DNA from: a virus
Reading direction: 5' to 3' (one strand)
DNA: 64,000 bases
Virus record (IMG/VR): IMGVR_UViG_3300001765_000053
The notes under the pieces are model-generated. The model worked only from the letters and a program-made list of their open reading frames with translations. It was not told the DNA's origin and searched no databases. Every line of letters begins with the position of its first letter. Positions within the stretch are counted from its first letter, which is position 1. Below are positions 47,690-55,800 of this stretch, one piece after another. The position numbers and the translations under genes were made by a program.

Positions 47690-47884
47690 TTAATCCATAA
47701 ACATCATTACAAATTTGTAACCAGCACTTAAACCAACTGCTGAATAAACAATTGTTTCAAGAATTGGCATACCACCAAAAATTGTTGTTACAATGTTTGC
47801 ATCAAAAAGACCAACAAGTCCCCAATTTAAACCACCAACAATTAGTAGTGCATCTGCTGTTTTATCTAAAATTTTATTTCCCAT
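47690..47884 (-). CDS. DUF378 small membrane protein
   Basis: LLIVGGLNWGLVGLFDANIVTTIFG...IVYSAVGLSAGY. Confidence 0.9.
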   Translation of the reverse strand: MGNKILDKTADALLIVGGLNWGLVGLFDANIVTTIFGGMPILETIVYSAVGLSAGYKFVMMFMD

Positions 47885-47962
47885 TTTTTTTGATTGTTTT
47901 GTTATTTATAATAAAAGAATAAAAAATTAATTTTATTCATAATCAAAGTAATTAAATATTAA

Positions 47963-48862
47963 CTACTCTGCTACTAAATAAATATCGCCAGTAAATGTTG
48001 GTAATAAAACTACATCATTTCCTTCAATATTTGCTACATTTACATATTCACCACTATCATCTGAAACAAATCCAGTTTGGTATTGGTAGATTGTATATGT
48101 TAGGTTGTAATCACCAGCAACTAAATCAACATCACCAGTTACATCAAAGTTTGCTAATACATCAGAACTACCACTTAATTGACCTAATTTAAAAGCATAT
48201 GATTTATATCCAGTTAAAGTTGTATGTTCTTGTGGTAATGAAGCACTTGTTAAACTTGAATCAATAGTGTATTCATCTTTATTTGAATCAAATACAATAA
48301 TTGCATCTGTTGAAGTTTTAGACATACCATTGAATGTTGCTTTAACATTTTTAGTTTCTTCTGCACTTACTGGGATTCTATTCGCTACTGCGTTTGGACC
48401 AGTAATTTTACTATTCTCAAATGTTGAGTCAATACTTGTAGGTAATGCTGTTAAGTAGAATACTTTATCAGTTGGACCATTACAACTTTTATCAACACCA
48501 AATACTTCAAATCCATTTCTGAATCCATCAGCCATTGCAACAACTTCGTATGATTCTCCATAAGCAACAGTTAATTCACCAACTGCGTCTGGTTGTGGAA
48601 CTTTAACTCCATCAAGAACTTTCCATACTTTATATGTTACATTGTTAACAGTAACTCCTTTCTCAAAACTATTTCTTGTTACGAATGAAACTGCTTTCTC
48701 GTAATCTTTTGAGCAATCAACACTTGTTGGAACAATTGTGTCATTGCCAACCTTTTTAGTGTCACCAGTTGAATTAAAAGATAATCCAAGAACAGCAACA
48801 ACTAAAAGAACTATAATACCAAATAATAGGTAAAATACTTTATTTCCTTCTTTTCTTCCCAT
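47963..48862 (-). CDS. N-terminally anchored beta-rich protein; candidate major structural or surface protein
   Basis: Basic N-terminus plus one TM; visibly higher GC and more C-ending codons than neighbours; long upstream non-coding region. Confidence 0.5.
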   Translation of the reverse strand: MGRKEGNKVFYLLFGIIVLLVVAVLGLSFNSTGDTKKVGNDTIVPTSVDCSKDYEKAVSFVTRNSFEKGVTVNNVTYKVWKVLDGVKVPQPDAVGELTVAYGESYEVVAMADGFRNGFEVFGVDKSCNGPTDKVFYLTALPTSIDSTFENSKITGPNAVANRIPVSAEETKNVKATFNGMSKTSTDAIIVFDSNKDEYTIDSSLTSASLPQEHTTLTGYKSYAFKLGQLSGSSDVLANFDVTGDVDLVAGDYNLTYTIYQYQTGFVSDDSGEYVNVANIEGNDVVLLPTFTGDIYLVAE

Positions 48863-48952
48863 TTTTATTTTAATGTTTTTTGTATCAATATTAGCGAATC
48901 GCTTGAAATGTAATTAAACATATCTTAAATATCAATTACTACAACTAAATTA

Positions 48953-49078
48953 GTAGAACTTGCATTGAGATGTTATAATTAGTAAAATCCATATTCCCCA
49001 GCCCACACCATAAGGTAGAACTTGCACCTATGAAATTATAACTAACCTAACATAACTTTCCCAGCCCAACACTAATCA
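48953..49078. repeat. Two imperfect 62-63 bp tandem units
   Basis: GTAGAACTTGCA at 48953 and 49015; TTATAA at 48973 and 49036; CCCAGCCCA at 48997 and 49060. Confidence 0.7.
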
Positions 49079-49109
49079 AGTTATATTTAACAAAACTATA
49101 ACTTTCTTT

Positions 49110-49528
49110 CTTTATAAAGATAATTATGATTTTTGAAATAGGCTATGGTTAAAAATCAAAAAAATCAGATAAGGTATGGTTAAAAATCAAATTTTTCGAA
49201 TGTCTTATGGTTAAAAATCAAATTTTTCTATGTGAATTTTTAGGCACATCTTATTTTTTCAATTTTTAACCCTACCTTATACGAAAAATCGAATGAGACT
49301 GCCACCCCAATACGAAAAATCGAATAAGGCTACCCCAAAAATCGAAAATTTCGAATGTCCTATGGTTAAAAATCGAATTTTTTTTGTTTTTGGGGTAGCC
49401 TTATTCGAAATTTCTATGTGAATTTTGAGTCACATCTTATTTTTTTTATTTTTAACCATATCATATTTCATTTTTTTAATTTTTTACTATGTCTTATACG
49501 AAAATCCTTAATTACCTTTATAAAGATA
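49110..49528. repeat. Iteron-like direct and inverted repeat block (candidate origin, terminus or packaging site)
   Basis: TATGGTTAAAAATC at 49144, 49175, 49206, 49361; inverted copy ATTTTTAACCATA near 49448; 22-bp perfect inverted repeat 49320-49341/49387-49408; flanked by CTTTATAAAGATA at 49110 and 49516. Confidence 0.85.
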
Positions 49529-49584
49529 AAATGTTAGTTTTTTAGTAACTATATAAATAAATATAGTATTTTGCACATAAAAAA

Positions 49585-50346
49585 ATGGGATATGAAGATT
49601 ATGAAAGACATTCGCCAGATGGTGGCATTTGGACAAGAGTAACAAATGCAGTTTCTGGTGGTGGTATATTTAGAACTCTATTAAGATTTGTTGCTTTAGT
49701 AGGTGCTTTAATTATACTTGGTCTTAATAAAGTTCAATGTTCATTAAATTATGTTGGAAATAACAATCTAACTGGTTGGGAAAATTTTATACTATTTTAT
49801 GATGCAATAGTATATGGATATCAAAGAGCATCAATTTTATTGTGGTCTCAACTTGGAAATTTAAATTCTGATGCGTTGTCTAATTGGGGAGATATAACAA
49901 TAGTTCTTGTTTTTGTTTTCTTTGTGTTCATAGCACTTTACTCACTTGTAAGTATAATAGCAGATTTGATTGATGGAAGTCCAACAGATACTGCACCAAC
50001 TTATTTAAAAGTAATAATTACTATTGGTTTGTTGTTAATATTTAGTTCAGTTTCATATTATACAGCAGAAAAACCAGAAGGAGAATATTTTATTAATACT
50101 AATATAATATTAACTCAACAAGAAAGTCAAATTTGTAAACAATCTGGTGAACTTGGATATTTCACTTCTGTTAGTGCAATCAATGATACAATAATAAAAC
50201 AACCTATTAAAATAAATAATACAATAAATAATACAATGCAAAATACTATAATAGGTAATTCAAATACAACAATATATAATAATACAATCAATCAATCAAA
50301 AGAACAAGATAAATCAGTTCAATTAATAAATATGTTAAACAATTAA
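49585..50346 (+). CDS. Multi-TM membrane protein with N-glycosylation-sequon-rich tail
   Basis: Three hydrophobic segments; NDT, NNT, NNT, NTT, NNT and NQS in the C-terminal part. Confidence 0.65.
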   Translation: MGYEDYERHSPDGGIWTRVTNAVSGGGIFRTLLRFVALVGALIILGLNKVQCSLNYVGNNNLTGWENFILFYDAIVYGYQRASILLWSQLGNLNSDALSNWGDITIVLVFVFFVFIALYSLVSIIADLIDGSPTDTAPTYLKVIITIGLLLIFSSVSYYTAEKPEGEYFINTNIILTQQESQICKQSGELGYFTSVSAINDTIIKQPIKINNTINNTMQNTIIGNSNTTIYNNTINQSKEQDKSVQLINMLNN

Positions 50347-50348
50347 AA

Positions 50349-52391
50349 ATGGGAAAAAAGAAAAGTAAATTATGGTATATAGGAAGTGCTTTATTGGTAT
50401 TTCTTGTATTGGGAATAACATTTTCATTATATAATGGAAATTATGGGGGTGAAAATGCAGAATTGTCTAAAGTTGAAGGTAGTTTTTCAATTGAAACTTT
50501 AAAAGATGATTTTAGTAGTATTATACCATTTAAAACAGATTCAAATAGTCAATCATTTGTGTTTGTAGAAGGAACTAAAAGTGCTTATACTATGTTTAAT
50601 TATAAGTATTTAAGTGGTGGAACTACTGTATTTACACATAAGGCTGGTCAAGTGCAATATATTGGAAGTGCTTGTAAAGTTGGAGATGTTGTAAGAGTTT
50701 TATATTGTGATAATAATCTTAATACAATGTCTTGTAGCAAAGAAATGTTTGTAGATATGTTTTATATTTCAAAAACTGGTGATTATGTAACTATTGGAAA
50801 AGATACTTATAACTTCAATGATAGTTTTTATTTCACTTATAATTGTTATGAATATAAAACATCAACAACTCCAATTTATGAAGAAAGAAGTGTATATGTT
50901 TCAAAAACAAATACTTGTATTACTCCAAAAGAAGCAACTGGTATGACTGGTATTTTTCCATATACAAGTGAAAAAGATTGTTTTACAAAAGTTGGAACAA
51001 TTACAACTCCAATACAATCACCAACAACACCAACAACACAAACATTATCTGGTGTAACAAATCCATATCCAAATAATCAAGTTATTGGTGATAAAGGATA
51101 TTTTAAAGATGTTGTAATTAAACCATCTACTGCTTCAACTTATGATAGTGTAGTTGTTACTGGAAAATTTATTGTTGTTGGAAATCATAGTAAAATATTA
51201 CTTGAAACAACAATTGACCCAGATACAAGAAATATATTTGGTGGTCAATCACAATCTATCGTAACTTCATCTGCAAGTTATAGTGCTTGTGATAAAAGTA
51301 GATATTATGTTGGAAAAACACATTATAATCTTAAAGATGGAGATATAATTGAATTTACATATACACTTGCTACTCCACAAAAATCTGGTGAATATAAATT
51401 GAATTTAATATCTACAAAGGGTTGTTATAATGATGTAAATTATGATGATAAAGCATCAAGTGTAAATTTTTTAATTAACATAAAAGATAAAGTATTTGTA
51501 ACAAAAGATGATACTGATGGAGATGGTAAAAAAGATTTAGATAGTAATAAACAACAACTTGATAATTGTAGATATATAAGCAATCCAGCACAAGAAGATT
51601 ATGATAATGATAATATTGGAGATTCTTGTGATTATTGCCCAATGAATAAAGGATTATCAATTGAAAGTGGTATTGTTGAAAAAAATGGTTGTCACCCTTG
51701 TGAAGGAAAAGCACTAACAGATAGTTGTTGGAAAAAAGATTATAGTGAGTTTGAAATTGGAGACCCAAGATATGATGCAGTTGTAAAATCTGGTGAAGGA
51801 GAACTTACAAATGAAGATTTATTTGCAAAATATCTTGAAGAATTAAAACTTAAAGCAGAATCAGACAGAATAAAACAAGAAGAACAAAGATGTCAATTGA
51901 AGGGTGGTGAGTTTATAAATAATAAATGTGAAATTACAACTACTATGACTTGTGATGAAGCATTAAAAACAAATACTTATAGCACAATAAATGAATTTTG
52001 TTCAGAAACTGAAACACAAACTTGGTGGAATAGTCAATATTGTATTAAAAATCCAAGTGTAATGGAATGTAATCCAAACTATTGTGATGAAAATAAAGAA
52101 CTTGATATTTGTGGTGGAAGTTCAGATGTTTGTTCAATCAATCCAACATCAAGTGTTTGTGGTGGAAGTGGTGCAAGTGAAGAACCAACAACTTTAAGTT
52201 GTAATTCTGGTGAATATAAAACTTTAACTTGTAGTAATGATGAACAAATTATTTCACAAGTTTGTGATACAACAAGTGGAAACTTTATTACAATAGCAAC
52301 TTGTGAAAGTGAGCAATCTTGGTTATCAAAATATGGTAGTTATTTAACTGTTGGTGTTTTGGTTGGAATTGTAGGGGTATTATTTATTTAA
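50349..52391 (+). CDS. Cys-rich membrane-anchored surface protein with thrombospondin type-3-like Ca-binding repeats
   Basis: N-terminal TM; DTDGDG...DNCRYISNPAQEDYDNDNIGDSCDYCP; C-terminal TM. Confidence 0.75.
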   Translation: MGKKKSKLWYIGSALLVFLVLGITFSLYNGNYGGENAELSKVEGSFSIETLKDDFSSIIPFKTDSNSQSFVFVEGTKSAYTMFNYKYLSGGTTVFTHKAGQVQYIGSACKVGDVVRVLYCDNNLNTMSCSKEMFVDMFYISKTGDYVTIGKDTYNFNDSFYFTYNCYEYKTSTTPIYEERSVYVSKTNTCITPKEATGMTGIFPYTSEKDCFTKVGTITTPIQSPTTPTTQTLSGVTNPYPNNQVIGDKGYFKDVVIKPSTASTYDSVVVTGKFIVVGNHSKILLETTIDPDTRNIFGGQSQSIVTSSASYSACDKSRYYVGKTHYNLKDGDIIEFTYTLATPQKSGEYKLNLISTKGCYNDVNYDDKASSVNFLINIKDKVFVTKDDTDGDGKKDLDSNKQQLDNCRYISNPAQEDYDNDNIGDSCDYCPMNKGLSIESGIVEKNGCHPCEGKALTDSCWKKDYSEFEIGDPRYDAVVKSGEGELTNEDLFAKYLEELKLKAESDRIKQEEQRCQLKGGEFINNKCEITTTMTCDEALKTNTYSTINEFCSETETQTWWNSQYCIKNPSVMECNPNYCDENKELDICGGSSDVCSINPTSSVCGGSGASEEPTTLSCNSGEYKTLTCSNDEQIISQVCDTTSGNFITIATCESEQSWLSKYGSYLTVGVLVGIVGVLFI

Positions 52392-52398
52392 ATTAAAA

Positions 52399-53847
52399 AT
52401 GAAAAGTGAAAAAAAATTAAATTTGTTGTATTTTATTGGTGCATTATTAATGCTTACAATAATTGGACTTGGTTATTCATTATTAAATAATCAATCATTT
52501 TCATTAATTAGTGTATCACAAGCACAATATGGAGAAGATGGTGTTCCAAAATGGGTAATATTTGCAACAGCAGATAAAGTTGGAGATGGAACAACTTATG
52601 TATTTACACAAAATGCAAAAGATTTACCAAATGCACAAACAAGTGATGGTGGAACTATTGTTCCACAAAAAGATATAAAGATAACAGTTGTTCAAAAAGA
52701 ATCAAGTTGTAAATATGGTCTAACTAATAAAGATGGTTGGTTGGGTTATGATTGGGGAGACAATGATATGACAATTGATGCAATAGTAACAAGACAATCA
52801 TTATTGAGTATATCTGATGGAATAACTACAAAAGAAATAAGTGCATTTGAAGATGGAGAAAGTGGTGTTGAATATAGTATTGAAAATATAGATTATAATA
52901 ATAACAATGGAATATTAAAAATAAAACCAGTTGGTGGATTTATTACAAGCACAGACTGTCCAAGTTTAAGTTCTTATAGAATTGAATATAATGACATAGA
53001 AAATGAATTAAATTTTTATCAAGGTGGAAAATTTAGTAGTAATGTAAATGATGCTATTGGTATGGTTTGTAAAATAAATATATTAAATGATGGAACAAAA
53101 AATATTGGAACAAAAAATGAAATGATTTGTAAAATAAATAATAAAAATATTGTAATTCCATCATTTACGATTACAGCAGATGCAAAATATTTAAATTTTA
53201 AATATATTCCAAAAACAGTTGGTATTCCAAAAATAGTTGAAATTATAAAACCAGTTTCAAGTGTTGGTGAAAATGGTCAAGAAGGAATTAGTTTAAGAAT
53301 TAAAAATATTGGTGAAAATAGTGGAACATTTGTAATTGTCCCAAAATCACAAGCATTTTCGTTTTTCCCAACATCAATAACAGAAGTTTTTGCAAAAGGT
53401 GAAGAAAGAGAAGTTTCATTTAGATTATACTCTCCAAATGTAAACCAAAATTTTGATTTTGATGGAAATTTTAAAGTTTGTAGTGTAAATGAAGTTGGTG
53501 CAAGTCAATGTGTAAATGAAGATTTTACAATGACAGTAAAGGATTTAAGTGTTATTGATAAAATAATACCAAAGGATAAAATTTGTGGTAATAATTTTTG
53601 TGATGCAAATGAAAATTATTTAACTTGTTCAGTTGATTGTAAAGAACCAGTTGTTTGTGATGGATTAAATATGCAACAATACAATAATAAATGTGTTTGT
53701 GAAGAAGGGTTTACAATGACTACTGATGATTATGGTAGAGATTATTGTTCAGAAGATAAATCAAATACAATATTATTAATTGGTATTATTTCACTTATAC
53801 TTGCAGTAGTGATAATTATGATTGTAATAGCAAAAAGAAGAAAATGA
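52399..53847 (+). CDS. Type I membrane surface protein (Ig/CARDB-like, Cys-rich and EGF-like)
   Basis: LRIKNIGENSGTF; ICGNNFCDANENYLTCSVDC; CVCEEGF; C-terminal TM plus AKRRK. Confidence 0.7.
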   Translation: MKSEKKLNLLYFIGALLMLTIIGLGYSLLNNQSFSLISVSQAQYGEDGVPKWVIFATADKVGDGTTYVFTQNAKDLPNAQTSDGGTIVPQKDIKITVVQKESSCKYGLTNKDGWLGYDWGDNDMTIDAIVTRQSLLSISDGITTKEISAFEDGESGVEYSIENIDYNNNNGILKIKPVGGFITSTDCPSLSSYRIEYNDIENELNFYQGGKFSSNVNDAIGMVCKINILNDGTKNIGTKNEMICKINNKNIVIPSFTITADAKYLNFKYIPKTVGIPKIVEIIKPVSSVGENGQEGISLRIKNIGENSGTFVIVPKSQAFSFFPTSITEVFAKGEEREVSFRLYSPNVNQNFDFDGNFKVCSVNEVGASQCVNEDFTMTVKDLSVIDKIIPKDKICGNNFCDANENYLTCSVDCKEPVVCDGLNMQQYNNKCVCEEGFTMTTDDYGRDYCSEDKSNTILLIGIISLILAVVIIMIVIAKRRK

Positions 53848-54164
53848 ATAACGCAATAGATTTACTCGCAATTAATTGGAATATGGTTACTATGGTTGGT
53901 TTAATCATAGCGATTATAATAGCAATTTATATTGCTGTTAGAGTTGCAACTGGATTTCAAAATCCATATAATATAATAGATAAGATTGTTGGAATAATAG
54001 CAATTGTAACATTTTTAATGGTTTTTGGATATTCACTTTTACAAAATATGTTATATTCAGATATTGGTAAAGCAGTCTTTTTTGGCTCTTTAATATTAAT
54101 AACACTTTACTTTGTGTTATTTTATAGAGTTAGTAATAAAAAATCAAATAAAAATAAAAAATAA
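53844..54164 (+). CDS. Small 3-TM membrane protein
   Basis: Three hydrophobic helices and a Lys-rich tail. Confidence 0.65.
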   Translation: MNNAIDLLAINWNMVTMVGLIIAIIIAIYIAVRVATGFQNPYNIIDKIVGIIAIVTFLMVFGYSLLQNMLYSDIGKAVFFGSLILITLYFVLFYRVSNKKSNKNKK

Positions 54165-54168
54165 AAAA

Positions 54169-54240
54169 ATGGAAAACAAAAATAAAAAACAAGACAACAA
54201 TAAAAATAAAAAACAAGATAACAATAAAAAGAAAAAATAA
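54169..54240 (+). CDS. Possible 23-aa basic peptide built from a 24-bp tandem repeat
   Basis: MENKNKKQDNNKNKKQDNNKKKK*; normal AAAAATG start and TAA-AAAATG junction. Confidence 0.4.
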   Translation: MENKNKKQDNNKNKKQDNNKKKK

Positions 54241-54243
54241 AAA

Positions 54244-54609
54244 ATGACAGATATTTTATATAAAGATTGGAAAAAAGAATTTAAAAAAGATATTAAATCT
54301 AAATTAGATTTTGGTGAACAAGAATTTTCTTTATATAAAAAAACTGGATATATTATATATTTACAACAATCTGGAAATAAATTATTTTCTGCTGTTGAAA
54401 ATTATTTAATGTTAAAATATGATAAAAGAGTAAGTAATTATAAAGATTTGAGAAAAATGGTTGAAAATAATAAATCTGATAAAGAACTATTATTGATGGC
54501 TTCTCAATTGCATTATTTCTTCCATAATGGAGAATTACAAATAAGTAGAGATGAAGCAAAAGATTTTTATATAAATGTAAGAGATAGATTAAAAAATAGG
54601 TTAAAATAA
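54244..54609 (+). CDS. PaREP1-like (HEPN-superfamily) protein
   Basis: LQQSGNKLFSAVE...ASQLHYFFHNG resembles PaREP1 (QAxEKxWxA...AxxLHxxFY). Confidence 0.6.
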   Translation: MTDILYKDWKKEFKKDIKSKLDFGEQEFSLYKKTGYIIYLQQSGNKLFSAVENYLMLKYDKRVSNYKDLRKMVENNKSDKELLLMASQLHYFFHNGELQISRDEAKDFYINVRDRLKNRLK

Positions 54610-54612
54610 AAA

Positions 54613-54777
54613 ATGGATTGGTTTATTATAAGTATGATTATAGTAGTTTTGGCTTTCATAATTCTGTGGGCAGAAACTTTATATGAATTAGGGGGAAGGG
54701 ATTTAAAAATTTGGTTTTATTTAGTATTACTTATTCCACCACTTTGGATATTATATAGATTAGTAAACTTTAGATAA
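54613..54777 (+). CDS. 54-aa 2-TM protein, PLDc_N-like (below track cutoff)
   Basis: MDWFIISMIIVVLAFIILWAETLYELGGRDLKIWFYLVLLIPPLWILYRLVNFR*. Confidence 0.55.
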   Translation: MDWFIISMIIVVLAFIILWAETLYELGGRDLKIWFYLVLLIPPLWILYRLVNFR

Positions 54778-54778
54778 A

Positions 54779-55306
54779 ATGGAAAATAAAAAAGCAAATG
54801 GATTTGTAACAGTTATATTAACATTAATAATTATAATTGCATTAACATTTGTTTTTTTATTATATTTTGATATTGATACATCAGATATTCAAAGTAAAGT
54901 TTATGGTAAACCATCTTATAGTTTTAATAAAGAATCATCAATATTCCTTACTAAAACAATTGTAAATAAATTAAACTATGCTTATGCTCAACTATCAGAC
55001 AATTCAATATTATGTTTATATGGAATTGCAAAATCAAATGGTGATTTATTAATAAATGATGTTAAAGAACCATCATCTGGAAATGTATGTTTTAAAGATG
55101 AAACTTATTTAGGTAAGTTATATATAACAAAAAATAACCAAGTTCAAGTATATGATATAAATTGTGCAATTGATAGTGAATTATATAATGAACTTTCAAT
55201 AAATGAAACAAAATTATCAACAATAATGTGTAAAGAAAACTGGTTTGGTTTCTTTACCAATAATAGTATTTATAGAAGTTATGATTATCAAATAATAAAT
55301 GAATAA
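54779..55306 (+). CDS. Membrane-anchored protein, possibly a degenerate JAB/MPN-like fold
   Basis: N-terminal TM; ILCLYG...LINDVKEP..C pattern; no catalytic HxH. Confidence 0.3.
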   Translation: MENKKANGFVTVILTLIIIIALTFVFLLYFDIDTSDIQSKVYGKPSYSFNKESSIFLTKTIVNKLNYAYAQLSDNSILCLYGIAKSNGDLLINDVKEPSSGNVCFKDETYLGKLYITKNNQVQVYDINCAIDSELYNELSINETKLSTIMCKENWFGFFTNNSIYRSYDYQIINE

Positions 55307-55308
55307 AA

Positions 55309-55797
55309 ATGGAAAAAAGTAAAAAGATTTCAAGTAGAAGTTTAATGTTATTACTAATATTTAGTTTATTTTTTAGTTCTACAATGGCAAATGGAAATGA
55401 AAATATAATAGATATGAGAAGCGATAATAATATTGAAATTAAACAAGTAGTTGAAATTGAAAATAAAGAGATTTTATTATTTAATAATTATATTGAAAGA
55501 TACAATAATGATAAATTTGTAAAAGCAATTTCACCATATTATAGTAATATACTTTTTGAAGTTGATGATTATAATATGACTGTTTATTTAAATGAAACTG
55601 GTATTGAAAAAATTGTTGAAGGAACACCAGAAAATATTGATTTAAAAGTTAAAGTTGGTAGAGAAGAAATTATTTATTTTTTAAATAATTATCATAATAT
55701 GAATACTTTTGAAAAAATAAAATATATAATAAATAACTTAGATATGAAAACTGGTGATATAATAAGACTTGCTGGAATTTGTATGAGTGTAAAATAA
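55309..55797 (+). CDS. Secreted protein, SCP2-like
   Basis: Signal peptide; GIEKIVEGTPENIDLKVKVGREEIIYFL resembles the SCP2 strand-helix. Confidence 0.35.
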   Translation: MEKSKKISSRSLMLLLIFSLFFSSTMANGNENIIDMRSDNNIEIKQVVEIENKEILLFNNYIERYNNDKFVKAISPYYSNILFEVDDYNMTVYLNETGIEKIVEGTPENIDLKVKVGREEIIYFLNNYHNMNTFEKIKYIINNLDMKTGDIIRLAGICMSVK

Positions 55798-55800
55798 AAA

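Noticed and set aside
49005-49040. tRNA T-arm-like hairpin (TAGG-TGCAAGT-TCTA on minus strand)
   Set aside because: No acceptor stem, D-arm or anticodon arm could be built; the second copy lacks the stem.
49144-49374. CRISPR or mini-CRISPR array
   Set aside because: The repeat is only about 14-17 bp, the intervening segments are short and themselves repetitive, and there are no cas genes.
49413-49436. CRP-like TGTGA...TCACA site
   Set aside because: The spacer is 8 nt rather than 6 and the context is archaeal; kept only as part of the repeat block.
47963-55306. Type IV pilin / class III signal peptides in 47963..48862 (RKEG) and 54779..55306 (KKANGF)
   Set aside because: Residues after the putative cleavage sites do not fit the archaeal pilin consensus, and no prepilin peptidase or assembly ATPase is seen.
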